Assembly: GCA_965649825.1 (NCBI GenBank)
Contig: OZ287701.1
Span: 671,101-735,100 of the forward strand
Length of the DNA stretch: 64,000 nt
Reading direction: 5' to 3'
Origin: Penicillus capitatus
Taxonomy: Eukaryota; Plantae; Chlorophyta
Program-made: the position numbers and the translations under genes
Notes under the pieces: model-generated
Databases searched by the model: none
What the model saw: only the letters and a program-made list of their open reading frames with translations
What the model was told of the DNA's origin: nothing
In this document: piece by piece, positions 13,901 to 25,906 of the stretch
How positions within the stretch are numbered: position 1 is the stretch's first letter
Layout: each line of letters begins with the position of its first letter

Positions 13901-15589
13901 ACAAAATTGTTGCCGGCATTGAGGCGTTTAACAAGACGCTTCGACTGCAGAAAGCATATCGAGGCATCGAGAGGAAGTGAATTACGCGCCGCTTGTGAGA
14001 AGTCAAAATATCGACGTGCGATGTTTAGGACGTTACAGCCTTCAGGATTTGATTCGAGAGGACCTCCGCACCATCACGTGCGTGATTAGTTGGTATTCTT
14101 GTCAAAGACAAGGTGTCTTTGTGGGTGGGGATACGTTCAAAGCACGTCTTCTGCTATGTGAATTGACGTGACGTTTGGGCTTTTCCATGACGCCATGCGC
14201 ACGATAGTGGTGATGCGATCGCGACTGTATCATCATAAACACCTTCCGTAGATGTCGATCGTTGTCTTGCGTAAACGATTGCGTTGCCAGGCTGTGACCG
14301 CAGCAAATTCGATGAGAAATCTGATGACACACAGGTCTAACGAACCTTCGTACGATGTACATCGTTGCTGCGATTGATAGACTGATCTACTCTGTTGTCC
14401 TACACGGAGAACCATTTTAAGAGATCATGACAAGACTGCAACATCACGGGGGCGGAGATGGGACTTGTTCTCATTGGTGAACAGTGCTTTGTATACGATG
14501 TTGGCATCGGATTGCATTAGCTAAAAATCGAAGCGGCAGGGCTCAGCGACATGTGCTTAATACTCTCGTTTGGTTCGATGAGATCAGTCGTATTTCTTTT
14601 TAGATCAATCGCTGCAGGTTGATTGTACAGGATACATGGACGATCTACGATGGACAAAACGTCTGAATGGCGATTGAACGGTGATAAGCTGGTGTAGATG
14701 ATGTGCTTGAGGAACAACAACGAAGGATTGAGATGCGTTCGACGCGCTGACTCGACGAGGCTTGCGACATGCAGGCATCTGAAACTGCAAATAGAAGACA
14801 GCGCATGACCCTGTTACAGAGAGACATTATTTCCTGCTTAAAAGTTATGAACGGAGAATAGAATGCAAGCTACAGCAATTAGAAGTAATCGATCGAAGCC
14901 GAGCACAAAGGACTGACTGAGCTGGGAATTAACGTACAAAAAACTAAGAACCAAGAGATTTGCAATTTCATAAGACAGAAACGAGAGAACCGGCCACTTA
15001 CTCGATATTAGTCGAAACTGACGCGTCTTCGACTGTTGCTGACAGAATGAGGAATGGATTAGGAATGTGAAGTAGTCGTTGCATTGAGCTTCTTGAACAA
15101 TAATAGTCCATTTCAGTGTTTGAGGATCAAGAAAGAACGGAATCAATGTGGGAAGAGTGGGTCGCGGATGACAATTATGGCACGCTGCGATAATAATCTC
15201 CTCAACACCCACAGTAATCGATCGCCACGGATCAGGAATACTGTCGAGCACACGCGCTATTCTTAAGATCGCAAACTGCACTTATGCATCAAAATCGAGG
15301 GATTTGAAAAGCCTTCTCATTATACCATTAACGTGAACGTTACGTCCTAGCAAGCTTATCGACGAAAACAGGGACAACCTAGGAAGCTATTCTTTTCCAC
15401 AAAAGTTTATAAAATCCACGCACGACTTTATCGTATTTACGCAAGGCGCAGTTCAAGAGAAATACCTAGGCATTTAACTTGTTGCAGATTTAAACTCTTG
15501 TGTTATCGGACCACAGCTTCATTGGACAGTGTACATTGTCAATGTTTTACTCTAAGGAAAACAACAATGCTTTATTTGTTGTAAGACCG

Positions 15590-16015
15590 ATGTCGATTCG
15601 CATCGATTGAAATCGAATCGATTGTTGTTGATCGGCTTGATCGTATCGATTGGTTCTAATCGGAAACAAATTCGATCGATCGGTACCTGTCGATGTGGCG
15701 ATAGAATCGATCGGCGTCGATCGGCTTGATCTGATCAATCGGTCCATGTCAAAGTGAAGATCGAGTAAATCGCTCTCAATCGAATCGATCATTTGGTTCC
15801 AGTCAAATGGATATGATCGATCGACGCTAATCGAAGAGCGAATTCGATTGATCGATGCCTGTCAAAGTGAAGATCAAAACGCTCGCTGTCATCGGCTTGA
15901 TCTGATCGATCGACGCTAATCAAAGTGGAGATCGAGTAGATCGCTATCGGTCGAATCAATCGATCGTTGTTTGTCGATCGGATTTGATCGATTTGTGTCG
16001 ATCTAAATCGGAATG
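15590..16015. repeat. ATCGAT/CGATCG-rich island with internal 20-45 bp duplications
   Basis: Repeated GTCAAAGTGAAGATC (about 15747 and 15861, variant at 15919), TCGGCTTGATCTGATC (about 15721 and 15892) and GATCGATCGACGCTAATC (about 15815 and 15904). Confidence 0.8.
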
Positions 16016-17749
16016 TTCTTTAATTCGTCAGTGTCTCCGGTGCAGGACACTTTCAACAGACAACATCGAACGGAATTCGAGTCTTGGAGAGATACTCTCG
16101 TAAAGGCTTTTTCCAATACAAGAAGAAAGAAAGGAAATCAATTCTGGATCAAGATACTATAAGTAAGCCTTTTTCTTCTAACACGTATCTGTGTTCATTG
16201 GGCTTGTGATGAACGCTAAGAAACACGGGGGGAGTCACTCGAAGAGATTAGTTAGAGAAGAGTTGCCATTGGGTTTTAAGATGAACAGAACTGAAGCGGA
16301 GATGCAAAACGCATGCTTGTGTGTGATAAGAGTGCGAATGAGCAGTAGTTATTAGATCGGCTTCGAGAATTGGAAGAAAGGATCATTCAAGCAGCAGAAC
16401 AGACAGAACTTGGAATGCGATGCGAAAATCCATAGAGAGAAAGCCAGAGATCGCTATTGTCGAATCATCTAACTGATCAGACACATGACGCTTATACGAA
16501 AGCGCAGTGAAAGAGCATAAACTGCTGAATTTATTCATCATCATTCCTCATCTGTTAAAGCAGCTGCAAGATCTAACAATAAGGTATCCTTCCCTTCTTG
16601 CCTTACTGATTTCGCCAACTGCTGCATTTGCTGTAGCTTGGCGAATAAAGCGAATCGTTGATGACATCAGCTTTGGAAAGAAACACAGCAGCTGGAGAGT
16701 TTGTCAATGATGACATGGAGAAATGTGCAGAGAACGATCAGAAAGACTAACTGGCAAAGTCGGCCGTTTGCATGTAGTAGTCAGCATTAAAGTTAATCTT
16801 CGATGCACGTGGCAATCGCGAACGTGATCGTCAAAAGAACGAATGATGACCAGAGATCCGATGCTGTTATTTGCTTCCTCGGTATCTCGATTGTCTTATG
16901 ATCAAGAACATCTTTTCTTGTGCACCACGTATCTATTAAGCCTCTGTGATATATCCATTCATCTTCGCGAGCCATGCGTCCTTCTCTTGACCGTCCGAGT
17001 TCGAATGCCGGGCAGCTGCTGTGACTAAATACAGCACACTTGGCATGCAGATCAGCAGAAAAGTCGGCGACAACAATGATCTTGTTCACCTTTGCCGAGA
17101 ATACAGTGCTTGCGCCTGCTACTCAGCAGGGAGCAATTGATGGCCTGGGATAGACGATGTGTAGACCAGTCATTGGTGTTTTGCAAATGGCAGGCAGTAA
17201 ACGGCCTGGCGGTAATCATGGCTATAAGGGTGCCATCGATCGCTTTGCATATTTGGCACAGGGGACGCGCATCGTGTGGCAGAGTTCAAAAAACGGCTGC
17301 GGTGTTTATTAAATCAAACACTGAGAGGTAACCAGACGGATTCAGAGAGTCATGCAAAATCTCTAAAACTTATGCCGGAAAGAATGTGATCAGCTTCTCA
17401 TCTGCTTGTTAGACAACGCCTTCGGATGGGCAGAGGTCTGCCACACAGTTAATCATAACTTCGTACAACGGCACTTGCTTGAATCCTCTGCATATCTTAG
17501 TGTCATAGCATAAGTCCCATGCGGCAACGTCTCCATCTGTATACAGCCACCTCTTTCGACACTTGACTAAGTAGATCCAACAACGTACAAATATGGCAAG
17601 CCGCGGTTATGCACGTTTCATTATCAGAAATATTCTCGTAGACGTAGTCAGGTTCAGCTATGTACCTCTCACCCAGAAATGCTTCTACACAGCCACAATG
17701 AACAGATGATTTCGCGAGACTGCCATGCCTTGATTCGCGGATCCTTCTT

Positions 17750-19450
17750 TCAAAAACAGATTACCGACGACGTCTCCATTTTCGTCGACGACGTATTCTG
17801 TAGTGGGGCGATAAGCACACGCCTACCAGAACAGCAAACAGTCGCCATCGAGGGTTTTCGGTAAAGGAAGGAATCTTGCCGTGTGGAGGCAGAGAAGAGC
17901 GGCGACAGCAAACAGAGCTGTGTTGGCAGACATGGTACTTGAAACGGAGTTCGAAGAACCTCGAAGAGACAGAAGGCACAAACGCGCAAAGGAAAATGGC
18001 AGCGGTCAGGAATTCTGCTCGAATTTATACCATGCAGCTGGAGTTCGCTGTTTAAATCCAGACAGCAAACTTGAAGCTGCGTGTCCGAATTCGACGCTGC
18101 GTCGTTTGCTGACGAACGCAGAATCTAATTCGATCGCATCCGTCGCCTGCGACACAGCAGCTGGTGCTGCACGGAGAGCTTGCTGAGGATTCTCGTGCAC
18201 TCGTTCGGGAGAGCCATGATGTGACTGGTTCTGGCGCGCGCATGTGCCCGGCGGTTAGTGTCCATTCGCCTCTCAGCACGAAGCGAGTCAGTTTCTCTGA
18301 GAGACGAAACGCAGTCCACCACTCAGCACGGTGACTGTGAAAGAGAGCGGGGCTCTACCTTCTCTTCACAGGGACCAGACCAGCTGCCTGGACATGAGGA
18401 TGCCGTAGCTTGGTGCCATTTTTCGCTGATTCGACAGCAACGGAGAAGGTTTCGCGGCCGACAAAGTAGAAACTCGCGTTCCCTGTCCACTGTGGACAGC
18501 GAGAGATTTCCGCGAGAAACAAACCCTAGACGTGAAGACGATCTACGCCGCCGCATGTGGATGTGTCACCTGCGTGAACGATCGAGGTCGTGTAGAGGAA
18601 ATGGACACTTCTCAACTTGTCCGTGGCGGCTGTTTTTCTGTCGACAGGCGTATCTTCGACGAAAGAATCGGCACCAGCAAATAGCTTTTCCGTGGAGAAG
18701 AATGATGGACAGACAGCACACAGAACGCCCGTCGCGGTCCCTCCATTACCAACGTTTGCTTACAAGCGACTGACTGACTGTCCGCTCGTTCGAATCTGGA
18801 CGCGAGGTTCTCGTGGTGACCTTTGACAGCCAGCACGGCGACCCATCCTTCCGGTCGACGATTCCGCCGTCCGAACCAACGTCATCTGAGTCGCATGACA
18901 ACACGTTCTTGCTGTTTGCGATGGTCGGCAAGAAACGTCTAGCCCAGTCGACTCTTCTCCCATGCTGTCTGCGCATCTTCCATGCAGATGAAAACGTGGC
19001 CGATCTGGAATAGTGGTATTGCATGTAAGGAGATCAGGGAGGAGTCATTCAGTAAGGGTCTAGGAGATGCACGAAACACAGCCGTCCTTTATCTAACCGC
19101 TTTATAACTGTTAGCTCCCAGCTGCTGTCTGCCAGCCGAAAAGAAGATGTTCGAAAAACATAGATTCGTCCGAGATGCAGATCGGCATCAATGGGTCGAT
19201 CGAACGCACAACATCTCCAGCTTCTTGAGGCAGTATCGGCCATACAATGATTGAAAGGGAGAAGCAGCGGAAGTCAATCTTCCATGGAGCACTCAGAAGC
19301 TGCGATCGGTCGTGGTAATGTATGTTGAATAGCTTTGCCTTTCGCCGAAAAGGATCGAAAACGTGCAGACTGTATCGGCTGACTTCTTTACAGAACATGT
19401 CATGTCGAACAGGAATTCCAATGTCGAGACGCCAAAGTTCGTCTGTTACT
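17750..19450 (-). CDS. Possible multi-exon hypothetical protein
   Basis: Short protein-like frames (e.g. DADLHLGRIYVFRTSSFRL, SATFSSAWKMRR) are separated by plausible GT-AG introns. No recognisable domain and the model is unresolved. Confidence 0.25.
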
Positions 19451-19509
19451 GAACGTCCATATCTCAACAGTCCCCAGAAAACTATTAGATGGACATCCAC
19501 ATCTCATCA

Positions 19510-20400
19510 TCAACGACGTCCTTGTATCTGTCCAGGTCCTTGATTCCCTTGACCTGCCGCAGGATCCGCTACGTTACCCATAATCTGAAACAGCTGGACA
19601 AGCAGGGTGTCATTAAGAAGAGACGTTCAGATTGGGAATCGGCTTACAATAAGAGCACCAGCTAGAAGAAATGGCCAGTTCTGTTGGAGGAAGCTCTTTT
19701 GCTGTTTCTGAGCAGGACCTCTGCCATCTGCCGATGCGCCCTCAACAGATTCCGCCCTTCTCAGCACCTCATCCATGGACAACCGCGTTGCACGTTGCGG
19801 ATATCTGCAGTCCACTCTTAGGGGATCCAATGAGAATCCGGTATTTTCCTGATCCGCATCGATCGATACCTACCACATTTCTGTCATCACAGCTCAACGA
19901 ACAGAACAGCGATATTTCAGACCGATTGGTTGCGGCAGTCTGTTCTGTAGTCTACCCCGATCACACGATTGTCATATGTCAATTCGAGAACCAGCGACTC
20001 GTAGAACTTCGAAGCGAGTAGGCAGCGTGCAGGCACAGATGCCAATGCTGTCATGGCAGATGGGTCTCTGGAGAGCGACTGCACCCGGATGCTGTACATC
20101 CTAAAGATCTTGAACGTTTCATTCATGCTATGGCTGGGCATCTGTGCCTCGCCTGTTCTGAAAAGCACTCTCGATGAGGGACTCGAGATCCTTTTCCGTC
20201 AAAGGAACTCGATAGAAGCGAAAAGTCTCGAACTGACTTCCTTAGAGACGAGAGATTCGAATGCAACCGACCCAATGGCGTCATACGTCGTCGGATAAGG
20301 CGGCCGTCAATGTTCCAGCGTCCGAAAAGGCCTTCTCTCCCCATCGGTGTTCCAGCCTCGATCGGCAAAACGATTGCAATCGATAAGGAAACGTCGGAAT
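19510..20400 (-). CDS. EMC10: ER membrane protein complex subunit 10-like, multi-exon, start uncertain
   Basis: Segments LEHRWGEKAFSDAGTL, YSIRV...ALASVPARCLLAS and QKSFLQQNWPFLLAGALI before a C-terminal TM follow the EMC10 layout. The gene ends in TGA-TGA-TGA. Confidence 0.65.
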
Positions 20401-20859
20401 CGGATGCCAATAGCACCAATTGACATCACCCCGCGTTATTTCTCCAGGCCAACGACATCGAATGCAGCGAGGGCAACTCGATCTGATCAAAACTTCGTCA
20501 TTTCGACTTGCAGAGGTCGTGGTACAACCGCCAAACCTGGACACATAGCACGAAACACATTTAAATTCCAAACGATATTGCAAATCTGCGTGATGGATGG
20601 CACTTCTAGCCAGCGATCTTTCCGATTCGCCACCAAGTCGATAAAAAAGCCTTATGCCGAGAAATCATACCCGCATAATAGACCTGATCTCCCTTCCTCT
20701 TGGTTCTATGCGATATTGACACGCATGTCGTACTTCCGCCGCTGTCTAGGACCATTCACAACCGGTCATCGTGCATACGCAGCGATCCGCCGCTAATTGT
20801 AATGTCATCGACAAGCGTTGCTCTGCTACGACTCAGTACTGTCACCGATATTCGAGTTC

Positions 20860-21200
20860 TTAAGTGCGATCCATCGGTCTCTGACGATGCCAAGCGAGCT
20901 CCATTACTGATCGGCGCTGGTGATGCAGATGATTGTGAAGTGACCCGATTGGATTGATTAATGTCGATCCAAATCATCGTCAATCAAGCCGTACCAACGA
21001 CCGGAGATGGTGATGCTGCTGATTGTGAACTCCCCCGATTCGATCGATTCGATCGATTCGATCGATCCATCGATCTTAACAATTACGTAAATCGAACTTT
21101 ACCAAGGATCGTAGATGGTGAGTTGACGATTGTGAAATGCCGCGATTCGAACGATCGGGCGCCCTTAATGGTTCTGTTGTTTGCAGAATTTGATTTCAAG
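20860..21200. repeat. CGAT-rich island with local duplication and (CGATTCGAT)x3 tandem
   Basis: CGGCGCTGGTGATGCAGATGATTGTGAA (about 20912) versus CGGAGATGGTGATGCTGCTGATTGTGAA (about 21002); 9-bp tandem at 21036-21062. Confidence 0.7.
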
Positions 21201-21756
21201 CACGACTGAATCACATTCACCATCCTCGAATCGCTGCGAACATTGATTGCACTGAGACCTATGGTGTTGTCACATTTTCGATTATACCTCACTGTGCATC
21301 GAGTCAGAAACGAAGTTGGTAAACGTAATCTCATGGATCCTTTGTAGCTCATGCCGGTACCAGAAAGTTTTTTGGCAAAGATACGTACAACAACCGCCTT
21401 ACAAACAACATGGATCGAAAACGAATCTTAATTTACACACGGATTGTCCAAGACATTTCATAAAATATATCAAGTATTGAAGGTCCTCCCACCGCAAGAA
21501 TTGGATTTGCATATAGTCCTGTCTTTTTAAATATTTAGCAGTTATTTCTAAAAGAATAGACACGCTCCCAAAGAGATGGCGTGCAGAACGAACAACTGCC
21601 TAATACGTCATGCGGTCTTAAACTCGAGATTCGATTTCAAAGCGTCGGTTAGGATGTGGCCCAAATCGTACAGATGGCGAACAAGCTTTGCAGTGCATCG
21701 CTGGTTTTTGCATTTGAGGCGTCGCAGCTCTTGATTCCAACATCTGCTTGTTCCTC

Positions 21757-22556
21757 ATGACGAAGCATGTTTGTGCGCCAACCGCTCTGTTCGTTTTCTT
21801 GCTCCACGTCTCAATCGCCTGGTCAGAGAAAGTCCCTTGCTCAGAGGATGCTATCTACGAAGTCCTTCTAAAATGCCATTGGACAGACGAAACACACCCG
21901 ACGGATTTTCCTACACGAAATCCGCACTTCAGTGCGCTCTGCGGTACAGTGCACAACGAGGCATACACATTGTGGACAATTGGCGGTATTTCCACGCCTG
22001 GTGTACGGGAAGTGGCCGAATATGGCTCTTGCGCCACGTTGGAGGAAGAAATAGCATCCTGCGACGAGGATGGCAATTGCGACGCTGATGGCTATTTTGA
22101 ATGGGATTGCGACTACAGTGGCAGTTTAAAATCAGTATGTCAGTTTTCTGGCAATCTCACACTCAAGACAGATTATCGCTACGTCTCTATGATGTCCATG
22201 CTGGCCCCATCTCCGGACTGGAATATTGGCATCGATTCTGCTAACCTCTGTCGATCAGGCAAGCAATTCTTTGTATCGGAGATCGATAGATGACCCCCGC
22301 TGTCCCTTTTTCTTCAGATAACGTGACAGGAGAAGAGTACTGGATGAGACAGTATCCCGAGAATGGAACGTTGGATCTGATGGCTTTCGATGCAGGAACA
22401 AACGGAGGAATCAGTTTTCAGTCGCCTGTTTTCGGATTGGATCCATACGTGCCTATGACGTACTTCGATGCTCAAAATGCTTCGAATATATTCTTTCACA
22501 AAACAGAGAAGAAGCTCCACCCCATTTGCAAAGCGAAGTTGATGCTTCGAAACTGA
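21757..22556 (+). CDS. Secreted Spondin_N (F-spondin/mindin FS domain) protein, one intron
   Basis: Signal peptide followed by HPTDFPTRNPHFSALCGTVHN, TPGVREVAEYG, SMLAPSPDWNIGIDS and AFDAGTNGGISFQSP. Confidence 0.85.
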
Positions 22557-24122
22557 TGTCCAATGCATCGTCGTGATCGAAGGACATCTGCTGCTTTGAA
22601 GAGAGTGTTCAATAAATGTCCATCAATCCTACTGATTCAAACAATCAGTATTCTGCATAGCTCTGCGTGATCATGTCATACATGTGATTGTTTTATTGTT
22701 TCTATTGACACCAGTCATTAAAAATGTCTTGAAAGTACTAGACGATGACGAAACGGTCGGTTACTTCGCATCTTGCATCGACCAAAACAATGTAACGTGG
22801 CTACGTGTCGTCTAGAGAAACGAGAATGATGTTTTTTCCATGTACCACATTATAGGAAGAAAAGCTGCAGAACATCCTCTACGACGAGGACGATAGGTGA
22901 AGGCTGTCTAAGCAAACGATGTCAGGATTTCGACGGGGCGCACGCCCATTGCTGCCCGAACAATAACGATAAGATGGTCTTCTTCGCAAGAAAAAAATCC
23001 AAACCGTGTGCAATTAGTAGTTTAAGCACAGGGCAAAGGGCAGATTCATTAATGGGGCACTTCTGTACTTGCCTGTAGCAGATCGAGATCAGAACTTTGC
23101 CGAATCTGACTCGATTTCAGTGGTTTTCCCTTAGCATCTGATGATAATTCGACATATTCAGATCGTCGATATTCGATCCTATCGTCCAGATTGGTTTGCA
23201 CATGCGACGCATATTGGATCCTGAACAAATAGAATATGTAAAATCCCCGCAGACTTGCAGTGATGGACACGCAAACGATAACAAAGCACAAGGTCGGAGA
23301 GAATATGCAAGAGACAAAAAAGCGTGTGAGCGACCATAGAAGAATCAGTGTCGATGTGAAGAACCTCGTCTTTTACGGAGGTTCATCTGACAGTCGAATC
23401 TTACGGATCTCCGTGATCAACCAGGTGAAGATGACAGAGAAGACGACCGCTTGCAGCCTTGCGACCTTCACGCTTTTATTACTTGCATGCAAGAGTCATG
23501 AAAGGATTCCAACGGAGAGGGTTGCGTCGACGAAGTCAAACGCTTACGCCACAACTCCGATATCACATCTCACCTTGTACATCGCCCGACCGCAGTGTGT
23601 GCATTCCCTTTGCGTGCACACACTTCTTATAACCTCGGGCTTGGAAGCGGTTTAAGTTGCCATGGAGAATTTCAGTCCGGGGCCCAATCTGAATCGCCTG
23701 CGCCGTAAACGTCACCGGTGCTTTTGCGTCATACGCGTTGGGGAAGAGTAGAACCATCATTGTGAATGTTTACAACGCGAAGGATAATGTGACTATTCTT
23801 TCCGCGCTCAGCCGCTGTATGTTTCTTCAATGTGGACTCCTGCGAGGTAAAAAAAGATGCCTCACATCAACGCGGCTGTTACAGAGTTCACGTCGTGCAT
23901 GGATGAAAGCAGGCTCTCATTAAAATTACAACGAGAATTTCAAACCGCCTTTGATCTATCTCAACATCACATCACTCCGCCGATGATAACTCTGAAAGTC
24001 TCTTTGGCAGAGGTCAGTTGCACCGCACCGACACCTTTGGACCGTGGAAGACAGAGTCCGATGAACACGGTAGAACTTACAATTGGTTCAGCCGACTCCA
24101 CGAGAGACCGGAGATGGACACT

Positions 24123-25103
24123 TGGATGGACATCATTGCCCAGGGACATAAAGGACATTGGGGCTTCGAAAAGACAAAGAAAAATGTCGAGTAGGACTAT
24201 GGCACGCTGCCTGGATTGGCAAAAGATGTCATAGTATTCGTTGAAAGATGTGATCGGTGAAGTTCACGGTAGCAAGCAACACCGAGATCCACCTCGAGTG
24301 GAAATCTCTACGGAATTTGCGAGGACAGAATGTGTATGGATATCGCAGGTCCGTTTCGAGATGGACAATACTTCCTCGGCTTGGTCGATTCGGCAACACG
24401 GTGGTGCGAAGCCGGTGGTGTACTTGCACGACCACGTACGGATCAGATAATACCCATCCTTGAACGTTGGGTGCAACAATTCCCACGAAGACTTAAAACC
24501 ATTACCGTAGACCATGTCCAGGTCTGGCTAAGTTCTCAATTTCGGCGCTGGATAGCGGCTCACAAGATAGATATCACGGTCATACCTAGCTATTATCCGC
24601 AAGGTGTGAGTCTAGCTGAGCGTGCCATTGGTACTATGCTCAATCGACTGCGACGTTTGTGTGATGGAGATGTCGAAGACTGGCCAAGGCGTCTACAAAA
24701 GGCAGTCCATGCCTATAGTACTATTTGGCATCGCGGGATCGATTCCACTCCCATCACCCTTGCTTACGGACTAGATTGTAATCGACAAGGACTGCCAGTA
24801 GGGACGGTCCGAGATGAAAGATAGCATGCACTAGAGGTTCAAGAGCAAGCGAAAGCATACATGGAAGAATTTTACTGTCGCAAGCATTCACGTCTGTCAA
24901 AGCCGTTACAAGTAGGTGACAAAGTCTTAGTGTATGATCCTACAGCACGGATATCACGTAGGAAACTAGAATACCCATGGTTTGGCCCTCTGAAGATTGT
25001 AGCACATTATTCAAGATCGACTTGGATTGTGAGGGACCTGGCCGCAGCCGATCGACAGTTTTTGGTACATTCATCACATCTTCGAAGTTACCACACAAGC
25101 TAA
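24123..25103 (+). pseudogene. Retroelement integrase (HHCC zinc finger, DDE core, GPY/F-like C-terminus) with four in-frame stops
   Basis: A single frame reads GHKGHWG...CDR*, MDIAGP, VDH, AERAIG and KLEYPWFGP...VHSSHLRSY. Stops at 24192, 24258, 24270 and 24822. Confidence 0.9.
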
Positions 25104-25118
25104 AGGTGACTGGGCCCA

Positions 25119-25287
25119 TGTTGTAAAGGCCGCAAAGAGTTCGAAGAGATCGGTGGGATCAAGACGCTTAAAAACCGTACGACTATAAAAACACATCCTG
25201 GTGTGTAAACACATTCTAACTTGGTTCGCATAAAAAGCCTTCAACAATACCCGCAAGGTCTGTCCGATCTCATCCCATCAAACAACA
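25119..25287 (+). repeat. Putative 3' LTR of the degenerate element
   Basis: Starts 15 nt after the integrase stop, has a 6-bp terminal inverted repeat TGTTGT/ACAACA and a TATA-like CTATAAAAA. Its length is close to the 167-bp LTR of the neighbouring element. No second copy in the window, so the boundaries are inferred. Confidence 0.6.
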
Positions 25288-25354
25288 GTAAGGAGACGTT
25301 AGTAAATGGTACGCTTTGTGGATAAATCTGCAGTTCTCTAGCGCTAAACCGTTC

Positions 25355-25660
25355 GATTTCGATCTGTTCGATTACTTTCGTTCGAATAATCTAAGTCAAC
25401 TGAACCGAAATTGAAGATATCGAAATGATCGTCGCGATGCAATCGGTCAATTGCGGATCGATTCGATACGGGGTCGTCATAGGTTTAATGGAACAACACC
25501 TCACGCGCGATTTCGACATCGGTACTTTTGTTCTTCGAATTTTACTAATTGATAGAAGGAGATCGCTCGAATTCTCTATTCGATCAATCGCTTTTATGAA
25601 ACATCTGAATTGGTTACAAACAAAGTAGACAAAGTGCTCAAGAACCGATGTAGAAGACGG
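25355..25660. repeat. Dispersed repeat copy 1 (homologous to 31133-31445)
   Basis: Shared blocks TCGTTCGAATAATC, TTGAAGATATCGAAATGATCG, TTGCGGATCGATTCGAT, GATCAATCGC and AGACAAA...CT.AAGAACC occur in the same order. Confidence 0.8.
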
Positions 25661-25906
25661 ACGATAAAAAAGCAAAAATCTACTTACTTGCTGAGATGAA
25701 AGACTCGACTCTAGATTCATGTCGTATGATCGAGTTACGCAATCTGTTTATTTCATCGACTCGTTTAACGCTCGCCAAAAATATGTTGGGAGCATGCCTA
25801 CCGTTCTTTCTCGTTCCAGACTATTTCCGACTCAGAATCGGGCTCGAAAAACACCAACGCCTTCCTTTTGGTGTCGTACGTTCTCTGCGCGATTTCGCAT
25901 TTCTTC

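Larger units (their letters stand above)
23950..25287 (+). mobile_element. Degenerate, 5'-truncated Ty3/Gypsy-type LTR retrotransposon (integrase region plus 3' LTR)
   Basis: Integrase pseudogene followed by a 169-bp TGTTGT...ACAACA segment. No 5' LTR or clear RT was found upstream. Confidence 0.8.

Noticed and set aside
13070-14010. F-box-like or Cys-rich gene
   Set aside because: Suggestive fragments occur on both strands but no consistent spliced model could be built.
15590-16015. CRISPR-like array
   Set aside because: The repeats are irregular, degenerate and lack unique spacers; the context is eukaryotic.
22919-23392. Possible LTR (TGTCAG...CTGACA)
   Set aside because: No partner copy, TSD or PBS; chance hexamers are likely.
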